From Vicinamibacterales bacterium (GTDB lineage: Bacteria > Acidobacteriota > Vicinamibacteria > Vicinamibacterales > SCN-69-37): a stretch of DNA of 64,000 bases. Positions 48,155-56,765 of this stretch are shown piece after piece. The stretch is taken from contig JBCKZS010000002.1 of assembly GCA_038918905.1 (NCBI GenBank), positions 11,126-75,125 on the forward strand, read 5' to 3'. The translations under genes and the position numbers were made by a program. Position 1 is the stretch's first letter. Each line of letters begins with the position of its first letter. Below the pieces are notes generated by a model that did no database searches, was not told where the DNA came from, and saw only the letters and a program-made list of their open reading frames with translations.

Positions 48155-49354
48155 TCAGCCCAGGCCCGTGCAGAAAGAACTGACCGTAGATATCCTCGAT
48201 GCCGAGAAGGAAGGCACCCCGGCGTCGCACTTGTTGGCCTTTACGTCGGCCCGAATCGGCCGATACCACGACAACAACCCGCCACCCCCGCCGCGACCGC
48301 CTCCGCCGCCACCCTGTGAATAGATGAACATGCTCGTGTCATCAAGCGGCAGCGTCGCGAAGTTGCCGCAGAAGGTGTACCAGAGGCCATCCTGCGACAG
48401 GTACTGCTCGACATTCGACAGGTAGAACGCGGACACGACGGCGCCCCGCGCCTTCACGTACTGGCCAACGGCCCTGATGGCTTTCGGGCCACCGAAGTTC
48501 CCCACCACCGGCACCAGCAGGTTCCGGCTCTCCAGATTCTTCAGAAAGAGAAAGTTGTCTTCGTTCGCCAGATAGCTCCGCGACGTCCCCATCCCGTCGT
48601 CGGCCACCATCAGCGACTGGTAGGTGACGAAGCTGCCACGACCGCCGCCCCCGGCGCTTGACGAGTACGTCAGGCTCGGACCGTACCAGTAGAAGTGGTA
48701 GTAGACGTATTCCAGCCCCTTGAGGTCGTCGGCACTCAGCGGAAACTCGTGCGCCTTCGCCAGGTGGTCCTGAATCGTCCTGAGGTTGGTCTTGTAGAGG
48801 GCCTCGCTGGTTTCCACGGCCGCGTAGGCGCTGAAGATCTCGTGCGCCGTGGACGTCGTCGTGAGTCCGTCGGGCCGTTTCTTCGAGAACAACATCGACA
48901 CAAAGTCGGCGCGGTCCTTCGACAGCTCGAAGAGCGCCTTGTACATCAGGTGGGTGTGCAGGTTGCCGCGACGCACATCGATGATGAAGACCATGCGCGG
49001 CTTGAGCGCCGCGATGTAGGTGAAGTTCTGCTCGGGTCCGACGCCCAGGTACACCCGATCCGGTCTGGTGACCCTGACCAGATCCGGGATGATCGTCTGC
49101 AGGTGGATCTCGTTCGACACGAGATTGTCGGACCGGAAGAACCCGTCCGCCTCGGAGAGGTCGGTGATGAGCGTCCAGTACTCGGCGTCCGACAGCTTCG
49201 CCGGCAGCGAGGGCGAGGTGACCGCCGCGCTGGGCGGCGCGGCGGCCCGCGTGGCAGGGGCGGGCGCCCGGGCGCCCGCCGACGACAGATGTGCGCCGCC
49301 CACCGCGAGGGCGAGCCCCAGGACCACGACGGTCAGTCGGTGACGGGTCAGCAT
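48155..49354 (-). CDS. Secreted hypothetical protein with poly-Gly runs; 3' end probably frameshifted
   Basis: Signal peptide MLTRHRLTVVVLGLALAVGG. YLGVGPEQNFTYIA core and Gly runs (SSAGGGGRG, SQGGGGGGRGGGGG). A homologous repeat continues in another frame downstream (ORF 47772-48269). Confidence 0.6.
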   Translation of the reverse strand: MLTRHRLTVVVLGLALAVGGAHLSSAGARAPAPATRAAAPPSAAVTSPSLPAKLSDAEYWTLITDLSEADGFFRSDNLVSNEIHLQTIIPDLVRVTRPDRVYLGVGPEQNFTYIAALKPRMVFIIDVRRGNLHTHLMYKALFELSKDRADFVSMLFSKKRPDGLTTTSTAHEIFSAYAAVETSEALYKTNLRTIQDHLAKAHEFPLSADDLKGLEYVYYHFYWYGPSLTYSSSAGGGGRGSFVTYQSLMVADDGMGTSRSYLANEDNFLFLKNLESRNLLVPVVGNFGGPKAIRAVGQYVKARGAVVSAFYLSNVEQYLSQDGLWYTFCGNFATLPLDDTSMFIYSQGGGGGGRGGGGGLLSWYRPIRADVKANKCDAGVPSFSASRISTVSSFCTGLG

Positions 49355-49395
49355 GACGGGATGGTCTCGGATGGTACCACGAACGCGGCCGGAGA

Positions 49396-51840
49396 CTACC
49401 GGCCGTGCGCCCGCTGAATCGCCGCGCGAAGCTCCTGAATGGTCTCGTCAGACCCGGTGAACAACCCTTCCGGGTACCGGCTCTCGGCCGACATGTTCCG
49501 GTAGATTTCCGCGCTCTGATAGAGGTTCAGCCCCAGACCGGCCAGATATTGCAGACGCAGGTTGCGGTCGGTGTTGATCTCGGCGCCCCGCAGCCAGCCG
49601 CCCATGTCGTCCTTGCGGCCGCCGTAGGTGCCGAACAGGTCGACCGCCGAGTAGATCCCGATTTCGGCCAGCGACCGGGAGATGGCCGCGTTCTTCGGGT
49701 CGTTGAGCCGCGCCTGCACGCGATCCACATCGATCGGTCCCGGGTCCACCTGCCCGACGAGCACCAGGTCATACCCCTGGCCGTTGGTGGTGTTGGCGAA
49801 CACCACGCCGTTGGGGAACGCATCCAGGAACGTGGCGATTTCACTCTTCACCGCGGCGTCGGAGCTTTCGTACAACTGCACGAAGATCGTCACCACGCCG
49901 CCCGGATTCAGCTTCGACTTCACCACGTTGAAGAACTCGCGCGTATACAGCGTGGCCGCGCCCTTCACCCACGGATCGAGCGGGTCCGACGTAATCGCGT
50001 CGAACGTCTCCTTGGTCGTCAGCAGGAAGTGCCGCGCGTCGTCAAGGTGCACCCGCACCTTCGGATTGCGAATGACGTCGAAGTTGTATTCCGAGAAGTA
50101 GGTGGACACCACGCGGGGCACGAGCGGCTCGATTTCGGCGATGGTCACCGCGGTCAGCTCGGGGTCGATCGACACCGCGCCAGCCGTGACGCCGGCGCCC
50201 AGGCCGATGACCATTACCGTCTTCGGGTTCTCGGGAATCAAGGTCGTCAAATGCCCGAGCATGCGCTGCAGGCGCATGTCCTTCGGCTCGCTCGAGGCCT
50301 GGACCTTGCCGGCGTTGTGATAGTTGAGGACGCCATTCGGCGTGCGCGAAACGGCGACCGAGGCGGTCATGCCCTCACCCGTGTAGATGATCTCGTTCTG
50401 GCCGACCCAGGTGGCCGCGTAGCGGCCGTAGGCGACGAGCAGGCCCGGCATCGGCGGCACCGTGCGCGCGAGCAGACCCGCGCCGGCCGTCACGATGACG
50501 AGCGTCACCATGCTGGCCATCTGCGACTTGCCCTGACCGGTTTCGTCGGCGTGCGGGGCCAGCAGCATCAGGCCCGAGATCGCGGCGATGCCGATGAGCG
50601 CCATCTGTGTGTGCTGCGACCCGATCCAGGCAATCGACACCAGGCTCACGAACATTGCACCGACGATGGCGCCGACCGTGTTGGCCGCGTAGACGCCGCC
50701 CACCAGACGGCCCGGATCCTGGCCGCGCTCGGCCACCGAGGCCAGCGCGAGCGGGAAACTCATGCCCCACAGGATCGCCCCCGGCAGCACGACGAACGCG
50801 GCGCGCATCAGGTCGAGCTGGAAGTTGAAGAACGTGTTGGAGGAGATCGAGGGGTTGATCGGCCAGAACGGCAGCGACGCGTTCGTCATGTACGCCGCGT
50901 ACGCGAGGGCAACACAGAGCAGCATCTGCGTCCAGCCCAGGGCCACCCGTGGATGTTTGAGCGTAGGCGCCAGCGACGAGCCCAGGCTGCTGCCGATGCC
51001 CAGGCCCACGAGGAACACGGCGAGGATTAACGAGAACGTGTAAACCGTCGCGCCAAACAGCAGCGACAGCACCCGGGCCCAGATGACCTGCGAGGCCAGC
51101 GCGGTCAGTCCCGACAGCGCAATCGCCACGTAGACGACCTTGGCGCCCGGCGCCAGCGCGGTCTCGCGGGTGGCCGTGGACGTGGGCGCGTACGTGGCCG
51201 ACCTCATGAGCACCAGCGCCAGACCCGCCACGGCGGCGTTCAGCACCACCGCTACGAACGTGGCCGTCATCATGTCGAACACGCGCAGCAGATAGAACCC
51301 GGCGAGCAGACACCCGACGACCGCGCCGGCGATGTTGCCGCCGTAGAAGAAGCCCATCCAGGACACGCCCCTGGGCGTCGTTTCCACATAGCGGGCGATC
51401 GCAGGCAAGGTCGCGCCCATCATCAGCGTGGGCGGCAGCAGGACAACGGCCGCGACCAGACCGCGCAGAAACACGCTGAACTGACCGGTGCCCGCGACCG
51501 CGGTGTACACGCCGCCAAGCAGCGGAACGATGAGCAGGACCAGCAGACCGCAGGCGCCGATGCCCAGTTCGAGGTAGGCGTAGACCTTCAGCGGATGGTG
51601 CCGCGCGTCCACGTACTTCGGAAAGAACCAACTGCCCAGACACATGCCGCCCATGAACACGCCCAGCAGGACGCCGATGGACACGGCCGAGGAGCCCAGC
51701 GACAACTGGAGCATCTGGAACCAGACCACTTCGTAGATCAACGCGGCACAGCCGCTCCCCACGAACAACGCCAGCATCGCTGGCAGGGCACGATCAAGCG
51801 GAGACGAAGGAGCGGGCGGAGCGGTCCCGGATTCGGTCAT
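49396..51840 (-). CDS. Fused polytopic-membrane / spermidine-synthase-like protein
   Basis: 814 aa. N-terminal multi-TM region, then an aminopropyltransferase-like fold (VMVIGLGAGVTAG...DAITSDPLDPW...GGVVTIFVQ), then a helical C-terminus. Confidence 0.75.
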   Translation of the reverse strand: MTESGTAPPAPSSPLDRALPAMLALFVGSGCAALIYEVVWFQMLQLSLGSSAVSIGVLLGVFMGGMCLGSWFFPKYVDARHHPLKVYAYLELGIGACGLLVLLIVPLLGGVYTAVAGTGQFSVFLRGLVAAVVLLPPTLMMGATLPAIARYVETTPRGVSWMGFFYGGNIAGAVVGCLLAGFYLLRVFDMMTATFVAVVLNAAVAGLALVLMRSATYAPTSTATRETALAPGAKVVYVAIALSGLTALASQVIWARVLSLLFGATVYTFSLILAVFLVGLGIGSSLGSSLAPTLKHPRVALGWTQMLLCVALAYAAYMTNASLPFWPINPSISSNTFFNFQLDLMRAAFVVLPGAILWGMSFPLALASVAERGQDPGRLVGGVYAANTVGAIVGAMFVSLVSIAWIGSQHTQMALIGIAAISGLMLLAPHADETGQGKSQMASMVTLVIVTAGAGLLARTVPPMPGLLVAYGRYAATWVGQNEIIYTGEGMTASVAVSRTPNGVLNYHNAGKVQASSEPKDMRLQRMLGHLTTLIPENPKTVMVIGLGAGVTAGAVSIDPELTAVTIAEIEPLVPRVVSTYFSEYNFDVIRNPKVRVHLDDARHFLLTTKETFDAITSDPLDPWVKGAATLYTREFFNVVKSKLNPGGVVTIFVQLYESSDAAVKSEIATFLDAFPNGVVFANTTNGQGYDLVLVGQVDPGPIDVDRVQARLNDPKNAAISRSLAEIGIYSAVDLFGTYGGRKDDMGGWLRGAEINTDRNLRLQYLAGLGLNLYQSAEIYRNMSAESRYPEGLFTGSDETIQELRAAIQRAHGR

Positions 51841-51860
51841 GGTGCGGGCATACTATCAAA

Positions 51861-51887
51861 CGGTTCCCGACGTTTACGCGGGAACCG
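51861..51887 (-). terminator. Candidate terminator after the lipoprotein gene
   Basis: 9-bp stem cggttcccg/cgggaaccg with a 9-nt loop. On the minus strand it is followed by TTTGATAGT. Confidence 0.4.
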
Positions 51888-51892
51888 CAGGG

Positions 51893-51960
51893 GGTTCAGA
51901 GGTCCAGGGTCCAGAGGTCCAAGGGGGAGAGGTCCCGGGGTCCCGGGGGGAGAGGACCCG
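51893..51960. repeat. Cluster of ~8-bp units (ggttcaga ggtccagg gtccaga ggtccaag ... gaggtccc ggggtccc)
   Basis: Read directly from the intergenic region between two minus-strand genes. Confidence 0.6.
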
Positions 51961-52004
51961 GGCGCGCGGAGCTCGGCCAACGCGTCCAGTCCGGACCGGG
52001 TCAG

Positions 52005-52502
52005 CTACTCGACCGTGCCACCAGGACCAAAAAGCCGGAAAAAGTGCGCGGCGACTGAAAAGCGGTTGGAGGTGCCCGTCACAGTGCCGGTGCGCGTGAG
52101 GCGCTGCCCGAAGACAAGGAACTCGTCGCCGAAATCGGGCCAGAACCAGCAGCAGACGTACTTGTCGCGGCGCGTGGGATCACTGACATAAATCCAGTAG
52201 CCGGTATCGCGGTCCAGTGTGACACCACGGGTGCAGGTAAAACGCTGGTCGCCGATTGGGAACAGCGTGCAGTTGGCGATGCCGGGTTGATTGGTGTCTG
52301 CTCGGCCCCCGATCACCAGGGTCAGCCTGTCGGCCGTCGTATAACCACTGGTTTCGTTCGACACCCGCTGGTAGATGAGATCGTTCCCTGCGAGGGTCAC
52401 CGTGAGCACCGCCGGCGCGGTGGGTGTCCCGGCGCGGTCACACGCGCCCACGCCCATGACTCCAAGCAGCATCAGCGCCCCTGTCAATCGTCGCATGACC
52501 AA
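52005..52502 (-). CDS. Hypothetical lipoprotein
   Basis: Signal plus lipobox-like LLGVMGVGAC. 165 aa with several Cys and no recognised domain. Confidence 0.55.
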   Translation of the reverse strand: MVMRRLTGALMLLGVMGVGACDRAGTPTAPAVLTVTLAGNDLIYQRVSNETSGYTTADRLTLVIGGRADTNQPGIANCTLFPIGDQRFTCTRGVTLDRDTGYWIYVSDPTRRDKYVCCWFWPDFGDEFLVFGQRLTRTGTVTGTSNRFSVAAHFFRLFGPGGTVE

Positions 52503-52605
52503 CCTGCCGGAAGCTGTGGCTATCGTACACCTTGTGGGGGCGTCAAGGAATTCAGCTTATAATGTCGATCCGGTCCCCACAGAAACCGTTGTCCGAGGAG
52601 GTCAT

Positions 52606-54237
52606 ATGAAGCGTCTCATCGTGGTCACGGCATTCGGCGTCGTCACGGCGTTCGCCGTGTTTTCGCTCCCGGTGCTGGCGTTCGCGCAGCACGAGCAGCA
52701 CGCGGCCGGCTCGCCGGATCAGGTCGGCAGCGCGCACGTGAATTTCGACACCTCGTGCGCTCCGGCGCTGAAAGCGGATGTCAACCGGGCCGTCGCCCTG
52801 CTGCACTCGTTCTGGTTTGCCGAAGCGATTGCGGCGTTCAACGGCGTGCTCGCCAAAGATCCGTCCTGCGCGATCGCGTACTGGGGGATTGCGCTCAGCC
52901 AGTGGGGCAACCCATTTGCCGGTCTGCGCGCGGCGCAGCAGATCGAGGGCGGCCGCGCGGCGATTCAACAGGCGCAGAAGACCGGCACGCCGACGCCGCG
53001 CGAGCGCGCCTACATCAATGCGGCCGCCGAGCTCTTTCGCGACGGCGGGGCGGCCACGCAGCGCGCCCGGACCGTCGCCTACGAACAGGCGATGGAGCGG
53101 GTCGCGCGTGACTTTCCAGCCGACATGGAAGCGCGCATCTTCTACGCGCTGGCCGTGACTCAGACGGCCGTGCCCACCGACAAGACGTACGCGCAGCAAC
53201 TGAAGGCCGCGGCGATCCTCGAGCCGCTCTTCAAGGCACACCCGGCGCATCCCGGGCTGGCGCATTACATCATTCACGCCTACGACCATCCGCCCCTCGC
53301 CGACAAGGCCCTCGACGCGGCGCGCAGCTACGCCTCGCTCGCGCCCGCCGTGCCGCACGCGCTCCACATGCCGTCGCACACCTTCACGCGCCTGGGCTAC
53401 TGGAAGGAATCGATCGAGGCGAACCGCAGGTCCGCCGAGGCCGCGAGCAGGAGCAGCACGCCTGGCGAGGAGTTGCACGCGCTCGACTATCAGGTCTATG
53501 CGTACCTGCAGATCGCGCAGGACAAGGCCGCCAGGGCCGTGCTTGACCACACGCTGACGCTGGTCAGCGGCGCCGACGGCATCGCGATTGGCGCCGCCGG
53601 CGTCGGCGCCTTTGCCATGGCGGCGATGCCGGCCCGCTACGCGCTTGAGCGTGGCGCCTGGGCCGAAGCCGCGGCGCTTCCCGTCCGTCCGGCGAACACC
53701 CCCTTCACCGAAGCGATGACGCACTTCGCACGCGCCATCGGCGCCGCGCGCAGCGGGAATCCCGCCGCGGCGATGACCGACATCGAGCGCCTCGCAGCCC
53801 TCCGCGACACACTGCAGTCGCGGCAGGACGCGTACTGGGCCGAACAGGTCGACATTCAGCGCCGTGTCGCGCTGGCGTGGGTGGCCTTCGCGGGAGGGAA
53901 GACTGACGATGGCCTCGCGCAGATGCGCGCGGCGGCGGACGCCGAGGACGCGACGGACAAGTCGGCGATCTCGCCAGGGCCGCTCGCGCCCGCGCGTGAG
54001 TTGCTCGGCTACATGCTGCTCGAGGCCGGCCGCGCACCAGAAGCGCTGGCGGCGTTCGAGTCCACCGTGAAGAAAGAGCCCAATCGCTTCCGCGGGTTAT
54101 ACGGCGCGGGCCTCGCGGCCGAGGCCGCCGGCGACCGTGCGAAGGCGCGGATGTTCTACAAACAATTGCTGGACGTGGCCGGCGAGCCGGACACCGAGCG
54201 GCCGGAGCTGCAGCACGCGCGCACGTTCGTGGGCTGA
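52606..54237 (+). CDS. Secreted helical-repeat (TPR-like) protein
   Basis: ATG at 52606 preceded by GAGGAGG. Signal peptide MKRLIVVTAFGVVTAFAVFSLPVLAFA. 543 aa, Ala-rich helical repeats. Confidence 0.6.
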   Translation: MKRLIVVTAFGVVTAFAVFSLPVLAFAQHEQHAAGSPDQVGSAHVNFDTSCAPALKADVNRAVALLHSFWFAEAIAAFNGVLAKDPSCAIAYWGIALSQWGNPFAGLRAAQQIEGGRAAIQQAQKTGTPTPRERAYINAAAELFRDGGAATQRARTVAYEQAMERVARDFPADMEARIFYALAVTQTAVPTDKTYAQQLKAAAILEPLFKAHPAHPGLAHYIIHAYDHPPLADKALDAARSYASLAPAVPHALHMPSHTFTRLGYWKESIEANRRSAEAASRSSTPGEELHALDYQVYAYLQIAQDKAARAVLDHTLTLVSGADGIAIGAAGVGAFAMAAMPARYALERGAWAEAAALPVRPANTPFTEAMTHFARAIGAARSGNPAAAMTDIERLAALRDTLQSRQDAYWAEQVDIQRRVALAWVAFAGGKTDDGLAQMRAAADAEDATDKSAISPGPLAPARELLGYMLLEAGRAPEALAAFESTVKKEPNRFRGLYGAGLAAEAAGDRAKARMFYKQLLDVAGEPDTERPELQHARTFVG

Positions 54238-54467
54238 GTGGTCATCAACAGCCCCGCAGCCACGGTCCGTATCCGACGGCCTGCGGGGAGCCAGACGCGA
54301 GAAGGCACACTTCATAACATGCACTCATGTTGACCCGGCACGATGCGGCCGCGCGTCCCGGTAAAGGAGCGGGCGACGTCCAGAGGTCGCGCGAAGGCCA
54401 CGTGAATGGAACGGGACGCTCCGGATGAGCGTACCGGCATCAGGAGGGGTAGAATCACGGAAGTTCC

Positions 54468-54929
54468 ATGAGTCCGAAGGTCTTCATCGATCGGGTGCGA
54501 CTGGCTGAGTTCTGCCAGCGGAATCATATTCGCCGGCTCGCGGTGTTCGGGTCGGCGTTGCGAGAGGATTTTGGCGCCCACAGCGACATCGACGTGCTCG
54601 TTGAGTTCGAACCCGGGCGAACGCCAGGCCTGGCATTCTTTTCGATGCAGGACGAACTGGGCCGACTGTTCAATCAGGTCGTGGATCTGCATACACCGGC
54701 TTCGCTGAGCCGCTACTTCCGTGACCACGTGCTCTCCGAGGCTGAGGATCAGTATGTCGCAATCGTCACATCGGGTGCAGGCCGTCCGGCGTCATCGAGC
54801 ACCGTACCGGAGAGGACGCTGCCCTTGAGGAGCTTCATGAGCACGCCGGCCTCGCGCTGTCCACCGCCGACAACGATTGCGGTGCCCGGTCCTGCCGGCC
54901 GTTTGGCGCCGTACATCGAGGGAAGATAG
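54468..54929 (+). CDS. MNT-type minimal nucleotidyltransferase (antitoxin-like) with abnormal 3' read-through
   Basis: FGSALREDFGAHSDIDVLVEF fits hG[GS]x9-13Dh[DE]h. The family-length domain ends at ...SEAEDQYVA (~54761). A further 55 aa are antisense to the neighbouring gene. Confidence 0.65.
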   Translation: MSPKVFIDRVRLAEFCQRNHIRRLAVFGSALREDFGAHSDIDVLVEFEPGRTPGLAFFSMQDELGRLFNQVVDLHTPASLSRYFRDHVLSEAEDQYVAIVTSGAGRPASSSTVPERTLPLRSFMSTPASRCPPPTTIAVPGPAGRLAPYIEGR

Positions 54930-55213
54930 CCAGACTTCGAGGCCGACAGAGAGTAGCGGCCAGCCGGCAGGCTCGTGAAGGCGAACTGTCCGGCGTCGTC
55001 GGTCACCGCGATCAAGCCGCTCCTGCTGAGTTCGTGGCCCGTGAGCGTGACGATGGCTCGTCGAACCGGCGTGGCAGTCGTGTCGTCCGTCACCAGCGTT
55101 CCCGAGATCTCGGCGGTTCCCGTGGTGACCGTTCTCACGTCTCTGGACTGCTGCGATGCGAGCAACGCCGACGGTACCAGGCACACGGCGATCAGCAGCG
55201 CCAGGCTTCTCAT
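54749..55213 (-). pseudogene. 5' fragment of a carboxypeptidase-regulatory-like (CarboxypepD_reg) repeat protein
   Basis: Signal peptide MRSLALLIAVCLVPSALLA, one full domain (ISGTLVTDD...TDDAGQFAFTSLPAGRYSL), then a second domain cut after LSGTVLDDAGRPAPDVTIATY. Confidence 0.55.
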
Positions 55214-55221
55214 GGATCGCG

Positions 55222-56208
55222 TTATCGCCGCACCGCCACGGTCTTCATCTCCAATGATCGCGTGTCGCCATCGGCCAGCGTGACCCGGGTCGCCATTCGA
55301 GCAAGCGTCTGCAGCGTCGTCGGATCCTGCCAGTCGGGTACCGCGTCATCCGCGACGGCGACGACCAGATAGGCGCCGGCGGGAAGCCCCACGACTTTGT
55401 AGGCGCCATCCCGGCCGGCGCGAATCGAGCGAAGCCGCGGCGGGTTGTTCCCGGAGTCGACCCAGGATGCGCGCTCGGCCGGAAAGACCAACACCGTCGC
55501 CGCGGCGTCACGGGCACCCGACGCAGTCTGTACCCAGCCGTGCAATTCGCCTGGATGGTCCGTGAGGGTGAGCACCACGCCGTTCACGTCCTGATCGAGC
55601 GACAACGGCACGTTCGCCACGTCACGGCCGTTCCACATCGCGCTCTTGAATGTCCAACCGGGCGGTGGGGTGTTGAGGCGAAGATAGTACCGGCCCGGCG
55701 GCAACTCGCGGCTGGAGAATCGGCCATCGAAGTCGAACCCGATCCGACCCAACACGGGCGTGTCCAGTGGCCGTCCATCCGCCAATTCGATCGTGGCCAC
55801 CAGGCGTCGCACGACGTCCGCTGATGGCTGGTCGCCGCTGGCACTGTCGAATTCAAGCCTGCCAGCAATACGAAAGCCCGTGCGAAGCGTGACCGCGAGG
55901 TCGCGGATGTCGGAAGTCTCGACCGAAATCGGTAGTGTCGCCCACAGCAGAGACCGAATCGGCCCCGGCGGCGGCGCCCTCCTCAGTCGTTCGGGCCCCT
56001 TGACGGCGCGCAACAGATACTGTCCGGCCGGCACGCCAAGGGGCGATAGGAACCCCGGTCGTCGGTTCTCACCGTGCCGCCCGGCGACAGCACGCGTTTG
56101 CCGGCCCCGAGCGTCCGGGACAGGACCCGAACCGGGATAGAGACGCCGGCCATGTTTCGGGACCGGTTTGCCAACGCCATCACACAGCACTGTCCGGCTT
56201 GTCTTCAT
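55222..56208 (-). pseudogene. 3' two-thirds of a paralogous CarboxypepD_reg-like protein, N-terminally truncated and frameshifted
   Basis: The domain sequence is split over two frames: SRTVLCDGVGKPVP | AGVSIPVRVLSR...TVRTDDRGSYR | LGVPAGQYLLRAV. There is no signal peptide. It starts at the stop of the upstream gene. Confidence 0.55.
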
Positions 56209-56765
56209 TGGCCCCCTGAGAGCTCCCCAGCCGCTCGCCGCTTCGCTCGATCCACCGCGGCGATCACCGCGGCGCGAAACGACGACGCGTTGATGGCCGG
56301 GTACCGATACACCCGGTCGACAATGGCGTCAAAATACACCAGCAACCGATCGGGATCGACCAGGCCACGGTCGATCAATTGGGCGACGTCCGCCCGGTCG
56401 GTTTCATGGCCACGTTCAATCTTCGCCAAGGCCTGCGCATCCAAGTCGAAGTGGTGAAACGACAACAAGCCTTCCTGGCTGATGAAGGGACTGCGGTCGG
56501 GCCACCCGTCCTTGACGGGAATGAAGTCATCTGGCGCGGCCAACTCCACGTTCACATTCAGCGACTCCTTGATCCGTGGAATCGCGCGCAGGAGTCCATC
56601 GGCATCGGGCACAAGTTTGATGTCGACATCCACCGTGGCGTCGCGCCAGCCATGGAGCACAGCCGTGGCTCCGCCAGTCAGATAAACACGACCCGGCGAC
56701 GCAGCCGCGCGAGCCAGCGCCTTCATGAACGCCCGGATGCGATCGGCGTCCGCTAACTCGCGCAT
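56205..56765 (-). CDS. Nucleotidyltransferase-fold protein (DUF6036-like, tentative)
   Basis: VYLTGGATAVLHGWRDATVDVDIKL fits the minimal NTase motif G[GS]x9-13DxD. 186 aa. Overlaps the upstream small ORF by 13 nt. Confidence 0.6.
   Translation of the reverse strand: MRELADADRIRAFMKALARAAASPGRVYLTGGATAVLHGWRDATVDVDIKLVPDADGLLRAIPRIKESLNVNVELAAPDDFIPVKDGWPDRSPFISQEGLLSFHHFDLDAQALAKIERGHETDRADVAQLIDRGLVDPDRLLVYFDAIVDRVYRYPAINASSFRAAVIAAVDRAKRRAAGELSGGQ

Noticed and set aside
54252-54288. Hairpin ccccgcag...ctgcgggg after the TPR-like gene as a terminator
   Set aside because: It has only an 8-bp stem with a 21-nt loop and no T-tract, which is too weak to list as a feature.
54312-54728. 138-aa minus-strand ORF
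   Set aside because: It is antisense to the well-supported MNT nucleotidyltransferase ORF and has no domain signature.
54749-56208. Idea that the two CarboxypepD_reg fragments are the swapped halves of one circularly permuted gene
   Set aside because: The end of the head fragment and the start of the tail fragment cover the same ~25-residue segment of the domain with different sequences. They therefore derive from two paralogous copies.
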